Positions 1 through 9,526 of a stretch of DNA of 64,000 nucleotides are shown here, in pieces. The stretch comes from Anaerolineaceae bacterium UBA6105. Its GTDB lineage: Bacteria > Chloroflexota > Anaerolineae > Anaerolineales > Anaerolineaceae. The translations under genes were made by a program, and so were the position numbers. Numbering within the stretch: the first letter of the stretch is position 1; the number at the start of each line of letters is the position of its first letter. The DNA lies in the NCBI GenBank assembly GCA_002423495.1, contig DIWN01000058.1, forward strand, positions 4,080 through 68,079. Reading direction: 5' to 3'. The notes under the pieces were generated by a model. The model worked only from the letters and a program-made list of their open reading frames with translations, did not search any database and was not told the DNA's origin.

Positions 1-1
1 G

Positions 2-688
2 TCTTCAGTTTCGGTGCTGATCACCGGACCAACCGGCACAGGCAAGGAAGTGTTGGCACAATATATTCACCAGAACGGACCGCGTTCGGGCAAACCATTC
101 ATCGATATCAACTGCCCTGCTATTCAACCAACTATGTTTGAATCCGAGTTGTTCGGGCATGAAGCAGGTTCCTTTACCGGCGCGACCAGCAAACGCAACG
201 GTTTGATGGAAATCGCCGATGGCGGTATTCTCTTCCTCGATGAGATCTCCTCAATGCCGGTCGACCTCCAGGCAAAATTCTTACGTGCGCTTGAAGAACG
301 CGCTTTCAGGCGGGTTGGCGGATCGAACCTGATTCGCGTTGACGTTCAGGTGATCGCCGCTTCAAACCGCGACCTGAAGGAAATGATCGCAAAGCATGAG
401 TTCAGGGAAGACCTCTATTATCGTCTTAAGGTTGTCGACCTGGATTTGCCCTCATTGGCAGAACGCCGCCAGGATATCCCCGATCTGGTGGGTTATATGA
501 TCCGGAAGTTCAACAAACGCCTGGGCAATAACGTTCTGGATGTTTCGCCTGCCGCAATGCAAGCGCTGATCAACTATGATTGGCCGGGAAATATTCGGGA
601 ATTAAGCAATGCCATTCAACACGCGGTTCTTTTCTGCGACGAGGCCACAATTGACCTTAACCATTTGCCAAAAGACATCACCAAATAA
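2..688 (+). CDS. sigma-54-dependent enhancer-binding protein (NtrC-family AAA+ domain); 5' end cut by window edge; no C-terminal HTH
   Basis: Walker A GPTGTGKE, GAFTGA-loop variant GSFTGA, Walker B ILFLDEI, NIRELSN sensor-II region. The stop comes about 20 aa after the AAA+ lid. Confidence 0.85.
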   Translation, partial: SSVSVLITGPTGTGKEVLAQYIHQNGPRSGKPFIDINCPAIQPTMFESELFGHEAGSFTGATSKRNGLMEIADGGILFLDEISSMPVDLQAKFLRALEERAFRRVGGSNLIRVDVQVIAASNRDLKEMIAKHEFREDLYYRLKVVDLDLPSLAERRQDIPDLVGYMIRKFNKRLGNNVLDVSPAAMQALINYDWPGNIRELSNAIQHAVLFCDEATIDLNHLPKDITK

Positions 689-716
689 GCATTTTTGAAG
701 CTCAGGCTGGCAAGCT

Positions 717-732
717 TGGCATAGTAGTTGCA
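717..732 (+). promoter_or_regulatory. sigma-54 (-24/-12) promoter candidate
   Basis: TGGCAT-N5-TTGCA against consensus TGGCAC-N5-TTGCW. It begins 28 nt after the activator stop and ends 38 nt before ATG 771. Confidence 0.6.
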
Positions 733-734
733 AC

Positions 735-768
735 ATAACCTCCGATAAGTATTTTCATCGGAGGTTAT
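735..768 (+). promoter_or_regulatory. perfect 12-bp inverted repeat whose 3' arm contains the Shine-Dalgarno of ORF 771
   Basis: ATAACCTCCGAT-N10-ATCGGAGGTTAT; GGAGG at 760-764, ATG at 771. Confidence 0.55.
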
Positions 769-770
769 TT

Positions 771-1103
771 ATGTTAATTAATGGAGATCAGGTCCTTTTA
801 ATTGTTTCGATAGTGCTTTTTGCACTGGGCTTTCTTTGTTTGATTTTGAGCATAGTCATCCTGGTCAAGCAGTCACTCGGTCGGGGTATTCAAAGTATCG
901 CAGAATCGACAACGATATTGGCTGAGAAAGGGATCACCGAAGGAGTATCGGGGCTGGTTGGAAACGCCTCTTTGCTCATCAGCTCCCTCAACGACCTCGC
1001 CAAATCCAACACTGGCATTGGCATATTCTTTGTCTTCCTGAGCCTGGTCCTGTTTGCCGGCGCTTATTATATGCTTAAACCATTCATTGGAGCCATGCCC
1101 TAA
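771..1103 (+). CDS. small membrane protein, two predicted TM helices, unknown function
   Basis: Hydrophobic runs VLLIVSIVLFALGFLCLILSIVILV and IGIFFVFLSLVLFAGAYYML; GGAGG upstream. Confidence 0.6.
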   Translation: MLINGDQVLLIVSIVLFALGFLCLILSIVILVKQSLGRGIQSIAESTTILAEKGITEGVSGLVGNASLLISSLNDLAKSNTGIGIFFVFLSLVLFAGAYYMLKPFIGAMP

Positions 1104-1123
1104 TTTTCCTTGAAGGAGTGACA

Positions 1124-4100
1124 ATGTCGATTGAGAGATTGCTAGATCAGATCCGGGTCCGTTTTGATTCGCAGACTGCCCGCGCGGTGGTCAGCGCTTT
1201 TCGCGCAGAATCACTCGCGTGGCATTATCTTGATACTACACCCGACCTAGAACAATGGCTGGACTTTGCTTCCGATGACCTCTCCCGCTGGCAGCCTGGC
1301 GTCCTTGCGCTTTTCTCTCTCGACCACTGCCTGCCCGAACAGGATCTGACCGATCTAGAAACCAAGCTCCCTGCCGAACTGAATGAACGGGTTGCGAATG
1401 TTTTCGAAATGACCCGCCTGACCGGTCTCGAACCGACCAGCCTGGCAGATGCCGCCCTGCTTGCGCTACACCTGCGCGAATTCCGCCGCGATGAAGGCTC
1501 ATGGAAAGGACTTTCCGAAAATTTGCTCTCGGGCAAGTGCCGGCTGCCGGTTTGGAAGACGGCTTTCGCGATCCTTCCCCAACTTGTGCCTGATTTTGAT
1601 GCCGCCATGGACAGCCTGGTAACAGAACTTTCCCCTCAGTATGCAGAGACACTTGGCAGCCTGATCGTTCACCAGGTGATAATCAATCCAACCGACGAAA
1701 ATATCCGCTATCAAACCTATCGCCGCAGACTTCAAAAAGCTCCCATCGACCTGCAAATTTCCTCCCTGCGCGCTATGCGCTCGGTTGAAGACGAATCGCT
1801 GATCAAACTCCTTGCGAACAGCTTTTTGGCCCAGGTTCAGTCAGCTAACGGAGATTTCAATAAAAATGCTGGTCAATCAACTGTCGAATCTTTCCGGCAG
1901 CAGGCTGTTCTCAGCCAGATTGCCGGGCAGCCCGCGCAAGCCTCCCGCGCGATTGACCATGCCTTCAATGCACTGAACCGTCAACAAGCCGAAATACTGC
2001 GTAATCTCGCTTTTGAACTCGAGACCTCCAGCCCCGAAGAAGCCCGCAAGACCTGGGAAGAAATTCTTCGGCTGCAGCCAGACAACACGACTTACAAAAA
2101 AGAATACGCGGAATTCCTGATCGCGAATGATGATCCTGATTATGGCTACGAAATTCTGCAGGAGATCCCGGATGATGCCACCAGGGCGCTTTACGCCCTG
2201 CGCTATCCAGTCACCAGCGCGACTGACCCCGAAGGCACGCATTCGCTGGATAAAGCCCTCGAAAAGACAACGCTCCAAACCAGCAACTCGCGCTTTTCCT
2301 CCGAGTCCGACAATCTCAAGGCTGCCCGCTACGCCTTTGAAAACAAGAAGTATCAAACTGCCAGCAATTTCATCCGCAAAGCGCTGGCTGAAAATCCCAA
2401 CAATCTGGAAGCCATCAAGCTTTCCGGTCTGATTGACCGCCACTTGGCAAACATCGACGATGCGATTGAATCCAGCGCGCTGCTGGCGGTTTTTGAGCCG
2501 CAAAATCAAACCAACAAAAAAGATCTGGCCTCGCTTTACCTCCAATCGCAGCAGCCGGAAAATGCCCTCAAGATCTACCAGGATCTTATCCATGCTTCAA
2601 GTGAACCTTCACGCACTGACCTGCTCAACTTCGCTGAAATTTCCATCAAAGCTTCCCAAGCTGAAAAAGCCATTCCAATCGCGCAGGCTTTCCTGAAAAA
2701 GGACGCGTTTGACGGCGAAGCTTTGGTTTTGCTCTGCAATGCCCTGATCGTCACAGGCAAACACGATGAAGCCGTTGCTGTGCTCGAAAAAGCTTCTGCT
2801 GTTGCCCCGGAAAAGCCTGCCAGCTGGCTCTCGCTGGCACGAATCTGGACCAGCCTGGGTCAGGAAGAAAAAGCCATGCAAGCCCTGCGCAAGGCCAAAG
2901 CGGCCTTGCCGGATGACCCCGCAATTCTAAGCGCTCTCGGATCGCTATATCTTGCGAATGATCAGCCAACTGAAGCCATCAGCGTTCTCAGGCAGGCTTT
3001 TCAACTTGATCCATCCAGCTCTTCTGTTAGAAAGTCACTGGCGCAAGCCTATCTGACCCACGGCTACATTGACGAAGCCTGGACGACCATCGCACCGCTT
3101 GAGGACGATTACACTTCCGATCCGGAGTTGGCATACGTCCTGGGGCAAACACTGGCTGCCATGGGAGACCTGAATGGCGCCCGACCTGTACTGCGTTTTG
3201 CCTGGCAGTCAAACCGCTCAGACAATGCCTTAAAATCCTACGCGGAACTTTTAATCAAAAGCTACAGCGAGGGCGTAAAACCTGGAACTCAGGAAGTAAA
3301 AGAGATGTCCCAGTTACTTTCCATCATGGAAGAACGCCAACAGGAACGGGATGGGCTCTTTGACATGCGCCTGCTGCAGGCTGATCTAAAAGCAAGCCTC
3401 GGCATGCACGACGCTGCCTACCAGGACTACCTCCAGCTCCTTGACTTCCCGGAGGCAAGGTCTCCACGTTCGTATCATCACCTCCAGTTCCAAACCGGTA
3501 AAACAGCGCTTGCACTGGGGCTGACGGATATCAGCCTGGCATCGCTGCAGGAAGCGGTTCTGATCGACCCTGACGACCTGCCCTCCCGACATACCCTCGC
3601 GAAAGCCTATATGGAAGCCAATCTGGAAGACGAGGGCTTTGCAACTGCCCGCTCCGCCATGCAGATCGCTCCAACAGAAATAGAAAATGTGCTTTGGTAC
3701 AGCGACTTCATGGGCGGGCACAACAACGCCCGCGAGGCCATCCAGGTCTTGAAGGACACCATCCACCTCCGTCCGGATGACAAAGCGCTCTACCTGACGC
3801 TTGCGCGCACTTACGTCAATCTGAATCAAATAGAAGAAACCAAAGAAACTCTCAACCAAATGCTCGCATTGGAAGACATCGAGACTGAAGAATATGTCAA
3901 TGTGGCCAATCTCTACCTCCACATGAATCAGCCCGATGAAGCTTCGCTCATCATTAAAAAAGCGATTTCAGATAATCCCTTCCCGGATTTTGCTGAAAGT
4001 TGCGATTTGATTTATTCTGTCCTCAAACTTGGTGACTCCGCAGCGGCTTTACAGTTGATCACTGATCTTGAGCCGGCGCTTCAGGCTAACCTTGCCTACC

Positions 4101-6463
4101 CATTGCTAAAATCCGACGTGCTCGCAGCCAACCAGCAGTTCCTGCCAGCCCTCGCAGTCCTCGAGGACATCCTGACCAAATTGGAATTTGCTCCGGAGAT
4201 GCTTGGGAGTGTGGCTGGGGATGCGGCTGAACAGAACCTTGACTATCCTGCTTACAATCGCGCCGGACTCTACTACCGGGCTGCCCAACTCGAACGAATG
4301 ATTGGCGATCTGCTGGTTTCTCAAAAACATGCGGCTCTGGCCTTGAATGCTGACCCAGGCAACGAGCCTGCATTCCTGCTCCAGCTCGAACTTGCCCTGG
4401 CGGGCAGCGATTCCGAAAGTTTGTCCAACGCGCTCGATTTCCTCAACACCCAGGAAACCCGAACTCACACAGCAACCTCAACAGCTAACATCCTTGCTCT
4501 TGACGCGATGCTGAGAGATGACCTGCCAAAAGCGCGCTTGCTTTGGGAGCACTTCCTTTCTGATAAAACACACTCACCCACTGCCCGGGCGCTTGAAAGC
4601 TTATTTGCCCATCAGAGCGGCAGCGCGGAATCAGCTGCAAATGTATTAACAGAAGCGGTAGAGATGGTCGATGAGCTTGAGATCTACCTGCGGAGCCAAT
4701 CTTTCGATATTGCGAGCCATTTTAATTGGATCTGGCACACGCTTGCTGTGGCTAAAGCTGCGTGGCAGCTATCCATTTGGGATATTGCTGACCGCTTGCT
4801 TGAAGCAGCGCTTTCTGTTGCCAAGATTAACCCCATCGCCAATAAGCTCCTGGCAGAATACCTGACAGACAAAACCAGGCAGACGAACAACGCGCACTTT
4901 TTGCGCCTGCTGAGCCATGCCCCAAAGGCTTTCGATCCGCAGCATTCAGATTTCGACATAATCGAAGAGCAAATCTCGATTGCTGGTCGCGCAATCGCCC
5001 CTTCAGAACTTCTGCCAACCCTGAAGATCAACCAGGCGCTCAAAAATGGGTATTGGTCAGAGGAAAACGATTTGCACAAACTCGTCACAAACGGCAAACA
5101 AGCTGCCCAGGCTCTTTCTGTGCTGGTGGACGATGCATCCATTGCGGACATCCTTGCAGGTTTCAGCAAAAACGCAGACGTCAACTTTCAGCAGGCAATC
5201 CAAAGCCTCCATTCAGACCCTGGCAAATCAGCAGCAATCGCCTTAAAGTTGCTTGAATTCCAGCCTGAAGACCCTGCGCTGCACGTTCTGCATGCCATTG
5301 CCTCCCGCAAAAACCCCCTCCTGGCAGCCGAATCGCTTGAGACTGCCCTCGCGATCTGGCCGGACGAACCGGATTGGCACGCACTGGCAGCGGCGATGTA
5401 CCAGGATGCCGGTCAATATCCCGAAGCAGCCAAACACCTCGAAGAAGCCATCCGGATTGCCCCAAAAGAGGCGCAATACTGGCAAATGCTCGGGGATGTG
5501 AAACTGCTCGAAAAAGATTATCACGCAGCCAAGGACTACTTTGGAAAGGCAACTGATCTCTTCCCTTCCAACCCGGAAGCACTGCACTCACTGGCCATCA
5601 TCAACCAACAGCTGGGCGAGCACCAGATCGCTATTCAGTGCCTTCGCAAAGCCAGCCAGCTCGACCCCGGTAACATTGTCTACGAAGAAGGCATTGCCCA
5701 GTCGCTGCTTGCTAGGCAGGATCTTCCTGAAGCCATTCAGCAGGCTGATGCCATTCTGAAAACGGATCCAAAGAACGAAAACGCCTGGCAAGTAAAGGTC
5801 AAGGCACTGCTCAAGAGCGGCAAACCAGAGGAAGCCCGGCAGGCAATCCATTTTGCCCTGGCGGTCGTCGAAAACCCTGTGCCCTTTGAGCTGCAGAAAA
5901 TTGACCTTGACAATGCCCGTAATCCCCACCAGGCAATGTTGTCATCACAAAAAATTGCTGAAAATTACCCCGAAAACGTGGCTGTTCTCAATAATCTCGC
6001 GCATAAACAAATCCAGATTGGCGAGATCGAGAAAGCGGAGCAGACCTTACAGCGCAGTTTGGTTCTGGACCAGTCCAACCCTGAAACGCTGGTTGCGCTT
6101 GGCAAGGTGGACCGCGTTCGCGGTAATCTGGACCAGGCACTCGCGCATCTCGCCCAGGCGATTGAACTGCAGCCAGGATTAATGGAAGCCTACCTCGAGA
6201 TGGGGCTCACCTACCAGGATCGCCGTGAGGTCAACAATGCCATCCAGACCTACCATAAAGCGATTGCCATGGTCAGCAACGATCCCCGCCCTTACCTGCA
6301 GGCTGCAGCTGCCTACAAGGAAAGCCGAGACTATCGCAATGCTGAATTTATGCTGCGCCAGGCTTCACAGCTTTCTCCATCAGACCAAAACATCCGCCGG
6401 CAGCTTGCCGCGGTGGTAGCACTCAATATTGTCAATAATCTCCAGGAGGCTCCTAAAAGATGA
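1124..6463 (+). CDS. giant tetratricopeptide-repeat (TPR) protein, ~1779 aa, function unknown
   Basis: Uninterrupted 5.3-kb ORF with many 34-aa TPR-pattern units, e.g. PEALHSLAIINQQLGEHQIAIQCLRKASQLDPGN. AAGGAG lies before ATG 1124 (the track start is GTG 1118). Confidence 0.85.
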   Translation: MSIERLLDQIRVRFDSQTARAVVSAFRAESLAWHYLDTTPDLEQWLDFASDDLSRWQPGVLALFSLDHCLPEQDLTDLETKLPAELNERVANVFEMTRLTGLEPTSLADAALLALHLREFRRDEGSWKGLSENLLSGKCRLPVWKTAFAILPQLVPDFDAAMDSLVTELSPQYAETLGSLIVHQVIINPTDENIRYQTYRRRLQKAPIDLQISSLRAMRSVEDESLIKLLANSFLAQVQSANGDFNKNAGQSTVESFRQQAVLSQIAGQPAQASRAIDHAFNALNRQQAEILRNLAFELETSSPEEARKTWEEILRLQPDNTTYKKEYAEFLIANDDPDYGYEILQEIPDDATRALYALRYPVTSATDPEGTHSLDKALEKTTLQTSNSRFSSESDNLKAARYAFENKKYQTASNFIRKALAENPNNLEAIKLSGLIDRHLANIDDAIESSALLAVFEPQNQTNKKDLASLYLQSQQPENALKIYQDLIHASSEPSRTDLLNFAEISIKASQAEKAIPIAQAFLKKDAFDGEALVLLCNALIVTGKHDEAVAVLEKASAVAPEKPASWLSLARIWTSLGQEEKAMQALRKAKAALPDDPAILSALGSLYLANDQPTEAISVLRQAFQLDPSSSSVRKSLAQAYLTHGYIDEAWTTIAPLEDDYTSDPELAYVLGQTLAAMGDLNGARPVLRFAWQSNRSDNALKSYAELLIKSYSEGVKPGTQEVKEMSQLLSIMEERQQERDGLFDMRLLQADLKASLGMHDAAYQDYLQLLDFPEARSPRSYHHLQFQTGKTALALGLTDISLASLQEAVLIDPDDLPSRHTLAKAYMEANLEDEGFATARSAMQIAPTEIENVLWYSDFMGGHNNAREAIQVLKDTIHLRPDDKALYLTLARTYVNLNQIEETKETLNQMLALEDIETEEYVNVANLYLHMNQPDEASLIIKKAISDNPFPDFAESCDLIYSVLKLGDSAAALQLITDLEPALQANLAYPLLKSDVLAANQQFLPALAVLEDILTKLEFAPEMLGSVAGDAAEQNLDYPAYNRAGLYYRAAQLERMIGDLLVSQKHAALALNADPGNEPAFLLQLELALAGSDSESLSNALDFLNTQETRTHTATSTANILALDAMLRDDLPKARLLWEHFLSDKTHSPTARALESLFAHQSGSAESAANVLTEAVEMVDELEIYLRSQSFDIASHFNWIWHTLAVAKAAWQLSIWDIADRLLEAALSVAKINPIANKLLAEYLTDKTRQTNNAHFLRLLSHAPKAFDPQHSDFDIIEEQISIAGRAIAPSELLPTLKINQALKNGYWSEENDLHKLVTNGKQAAQALSVLVDDASIADILAGFSKNADVNFQQAIQSLHSDPGKSAAIALKLLEFQPEDPALHVLHAIASRKNPLLAAESLETALAIWPDEPDWHALAAAMYQDAGQYPEAAKHLEEAIRIAPKEAQYWQMLGDVKLLEKDYHAAKDYFGKATDLFPSNPEALHSLAIINQQLGEHQIAIQCLRKASQLDPGNIVYEEGIAQSLLARQDLPEAIQQADAILKTDPKNENAWQVKVKALLKSGKPEEARQAIHFALAVVENPVPFELQKIDLDNARNPHQAMLSSQKIAENYPENVAVLNNLAHKQIQIGEIEKAEQTLQRSLVLDQSNPETLVALGKVDRVRGNLDQALAHLAQAIELQPGLMEAYLEMGLTYQDRREVNNAIQTYHKAIAMVSNDPRPYLQAAAAYKESRDYRNAEFMLRQASQLSPSDQNIRRQLAAVVALNIVNNLQEAPKR

Positions 6464-9228
6464 GACCTTACAATGCCCGCAAAAGTGACGAGGTGCTGGT
6501 TGTCAGGCGCGGAAAGTTCCTGACTTTGCTTCAGACCGCGCTGAGCAACCGCGAATTCCAGTTTGCCCGCCAGGCTTCTTTGATCTGGCTGGCGAGTTAC
6601 CCAGGTGATCTTCTGATCAACTTTATCTACGCTTCCGTGTTGGCAGAACTTGGCGACACCGAAATGGCGGGTAAAAACCTGGCCAAACTCTTGGCATATG
6701 ACCCCGAGTTCGTGGAAGCTGCCAGCCTGCTGGATCGTCTCACCGGGGAAAGCAATCGCGACACCCACGCCAACCTGTTGTATTTGCAGCGCGGCACCTC
6801 CAGCGCGAAATCTCCGACCGCCTGGCTCGATGGCTTAATCGCTGCCCGCAACGCGTGGGAGAGCGGTGATCTGACCGGCGCGGAAAAGGCCATTCTCGAG
6901 TCCCTGGCGCACAACCCCCGTTCACCTTTACCCGCGGCTTTCCACATGCAGATCATCCACAAAACCAACAATACCACCCTGCTCGAAACCCTCGCGGGCA
7001 TTTACAGCAGCCGCTGGCCGGATTGTGTCCAGATCAAGGTCCTCTCAGCCATTGCCGATATTCAGCAGGGCAACGACACTGCCGGCGTCGAAAAAATGCA
7101 CTGGTGTGCTGCGCATGACGTCAGCGGGCAGGTCATCAACCGCCTGCTGGGACCCAATCACACCTACAAGCCCCTCTGGCCAGAAGATCTCAAGGTCTAT
7201 CTCGATCTGCCCGTACCAGCTACTGTCGCAGCGGATTTGGGATGGAATGTGCTTTCAAACGCGGATTTTGTTGCCTCGGATAGCGCTGGTAAGGAAGCAA
7301 CCCCGCAAACAGCTGAAGAAATCATCAACGACGATCCCACCCTGGCGCTTCACTTGCCAGATTACCTGGTTGACGAATTGGCTGAGTCTGGGGATGTGGA
7401 TTATTCCGAAGTCCCAACCAGCTCCTTCTTCCTCCAGGACATTGCCACACCTCCTCTGCCGGACGGACACACAAATGAGGTTCCTGCCCTTCATTCCCCC
7501 GATTCGCGAAAGTCAGCACCCATTTCCGAGGAATCACAGGCTACTGTCCTCGCGATGACCGAAATTCAAACTGAGTTTGAAAAAGTGGCCCGAAAAATGA
7601 ACAAATCCGAGCTCATCAATACCGATGGGCGTTTTCCCAGTTACGTAATTCTGACTTCCCGCGGAAATCTTGAGAAAAAGTACGGCGCGAACACGGCTGA
7701 TGTCGTGATCGAATCGATGCGCAAATTGAGTCTTAACATCGTCGACCTGCCGGGCTGGAACAGTCTCGTTTACGTACCTGATGACGAAACCAGCGCCCGT
7801 GAACAGGCTCTGGACCCCATTCAAGCCAGTGATGCCTGGAAGATCAAACTTTCTCTCACGGATCTGGATGCCAAACTCGCCTCCCAAGGAGAGATGATTG
7901 GCGCGCTGCTGATCATTGGCGGCAATGACATCGTACCTTTCCACATGCTACCCAACCCAACCGATGATTCGGATGTGAATGTGCCTTCCGACAATCCCTA
8001 TGCCACTCTCGATGAAAATTACTTTATCCAGCAGTGGCCTGTTGGTCGCATCCCGGATGAAGCAGGCAGCGATGCCGGCTATCTGCTCGAGCAACTGCGT
8101 TTCCTGACCAAAGAGTACGAGCTGAAAGTCAAGTCAAAAAAGAGTATTTCAACCAATATTCTCGCAAATCTGCTCCGCAGCCTGGCAGCCCGTTTCCAGA
8201 GTTTTAACGTTCGGTTTCAGAAGCCCGACAACATCGGTTGCACAGCTGAAGTTTGGAAGCCGGCTTCATCTGAAATCTTCGCTGTTATTGACCATGCAGA
8301 CCGCCTGCTGAGTTCTCCGCCAACCAACAATAACAACCTCCTCAACGGGCAGATATCTGACCCCAAATTTGCCTACTTCAATCTGCACGGACTCAAGGAT
8401 TCCCCCGAGTGGTATGGTCAGCGCGACCTTGCCAGGCCTTCAACCGATCCGGAATATCCGGTCGCGATGGAGCCCACCAACTTTAATCCCCAGACTTCTT
8501 CCCCTGAAATTGTGCTGAGTGAGGCCTGTTACGGCGCCAACATCCTCGATAAAAAGGTTAACGAAGCCATTTCGCTCAACTTCCTTGCCAGCGGTACGCG
8601 GGCCTTTGTCGGCTCAACTTGCATCGCCTACGGCTCCGTGAGCAAAAGTCTGGTGGCCGCAGATTTACTCGCCTATCACTTCTGGACCCACGTCAAAGCC
8701 GAAGTTTCCGTTGGCTACGCCCTGATGCGCGCCAAACTTGCCCTGGCAAAGAAGATGACCGAAGATCAGGGCTACCTGGACGGCGAAGACCAGAAAACCA
8801 TTCTTTCCTTCGTGCTCTACGGCGACCCACTGGCTTCCAGCGTGAATATTAAGGAAGTCACAAAACCAGCCATCCGCCCAACCACCACCCCGGAGCTCAA
8901 GACCATCAGCGACTCACGCGAAGAATTGATCGTGGCCGCTAATGAAATGCCGGATGAGATCCTGGAAAAGGTAAGGAAGGTCATCAGCAGTTACCTGCCG
9001 GGTTTGGATGACGCCACTGTCTCGCTCAACCCGCAACTGACCAACTTCAAGCTTGATCCAGCCATGGTCCAGGCACACCGCCAGAAGTTTGATTATGTCA
9101 GCCAAAGCCAGCGCTATGTGGTGACGCTTAAAAAGAGCTACGAATACCGCCAGCACAACCACAACCACTTCGCTCGCGTGACCTTTAACCAAAAAGGCGA
9201 CATGTTGAAATTGAGTATGTCGCGCTAA
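6460..9228 (+). CDS. TPR-like N-terminal region fused to a clan CD cysteine-peptidase-like domain (peptidase C25/gingipain-like)
   Basis: ATGA overlap with the TPR gene. LLIIGGNDIVPF...SDNPYATLDEN...WPVGRIP, then YFNLHGL (His codon 8386-8388) and LSEACYGAN (Cys codon 8527-8529), resemble C25 family signatures recalled from memory. Confidence 0.6.
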   Translation: MRPYNARKSDEVLVVRRGKFLTLLQTALSNREFQFARQASLIWLASYPGDLLINFIYASVLAELGDTEMAGKNLAKLLAYDPEFVEAASLLDRLTGESNRDTHANLLYLQRGTSSAKSPTAWLDGLIAARNAWESGDLTGAEKAILESLAHNPRSPLPAAFHMQIIHKTNNTTLLETLAGIYSSRWPDCVQIKVLSAIADIQQGNDTAGVEKMHWCAAHDVSGQVINRLLGPNHTYKPLWPEDLKVYLDLPVPATVAADLGWNVLSNADFVASDSAGKEATPQTAEEIINDDPTLALHLPDYLVDELAESGDVDYSEVPTSSFFLQDIATPPLPDGHTNEVPALHSPDSRKSAPISEESQATVLAMTEIQTEFEKVARKMNKSELINTDGRFPSYVILTSRGNLEKKYGANTADVVIESMRKLSLNIVDLPGWNSLVYVPDDETSAREQALDPIQASDAWKIKLSLTDLDAKLASQGEMIGALLIIGGNDIVPFHMLPNPTDDSDVNVPSDNPYATLDENYFIQQWPVGRIPDEAGSDAGYLLEQLRFLTKEYELKVKSKKSISTNILANLLRSLAARFQSFNVRFQKPDNIGCTAEVWKPASSEIFAVIDHADRLLSSPPTNNNNLLNGQISDPKFAYFNLHGLKDSPEWYGQRDLARPSTDPEYPVAMEPTNFNPQTSSPEIVLSEACYGANILDKKVNEAISLNFLASGTRAFVGSTCIAYGSVSKSLVAADLLAYHFWTHVKAEVSVGYALMRAKLALAKKMTEDQGYLDGEDQKTILSFVLYGDPLASSVNIKEVTKPAIRPTTTPELKTISDSREELIVAANEMPDEILEKVRKVISSYLPGLDDATVSLNPQLTNFKLDPAMVQAHRQKFDYVSQSQRYVVTLKKSYEYRQHNHNHFARVTFNQKGDMLKLSMSR

Positions 9229-9251
9229 ACCATTTCTTAGAGAATTCTGTT

Positions 9252-9284
9252 CGGCGGAATGCGCTTTTTATGCGCATTCCGCCG
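9252..9284 (+). terminator. 13-bp stem hairpin after the TPR/C25-like operon
   Basis: CGGCGGAATGCGC-TTTTTAT-GCGCATTCCGCCG. There is no clear 3' U-tract. Confidence 0.5.
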
Positions 9285-9407
9285 TTAAGGTTGAGCTTGT
9301 CGGAATTGTCTGCTTCCACGATAAACGACTTCAAAAACTGAGCATTCCGCTTTTCAATTATCTATTTCTCCCTGCAAGTTTACTCGCCAACTAAAATGGA
9401 TTAAATT

Positions 9408-9436
9408 CTGACACAATCAGCAGTTTAAGTTATACT
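9408..9436 (+). promoter_or_regulatory. sigma-70-like promoter candidate upstream of aor
   Basis: CTGACA-N17-TATACT, about 90 nt before ATG 9527. Confidence 0.3.
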
Positions 9437-9526
9437 TATCGCCGTGAACTACCTAAACCACATCTAATTAAACATGTCAAAGATGTTCATCAATTTCTTC
9501 CGACTTGACCACATACAGGAGTAAGC

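Noticed and set aside
1225-6768. Numerous antisense or off-frame ORFs (60-240 aa) inside the TPR gene, e.g. 1877..2593(-) and 3386..3922(-)
   Set aside because: They lie wholly within a 5.3-kb ORF with coherent TPR periodicity. Their products are R/S/P/G-rich low-complexity sequences with no SD or domain signal.
9286-9526. Possible riboswitch or second sigma-54 promoter in the 240-nt AT-rich region upstream of aor
   Set aside because: There is no TGGCAC-N5-TTGC match and no recognisable riboswitch core. Only a weak sigma-70-like candidate is reported, at low confidence.
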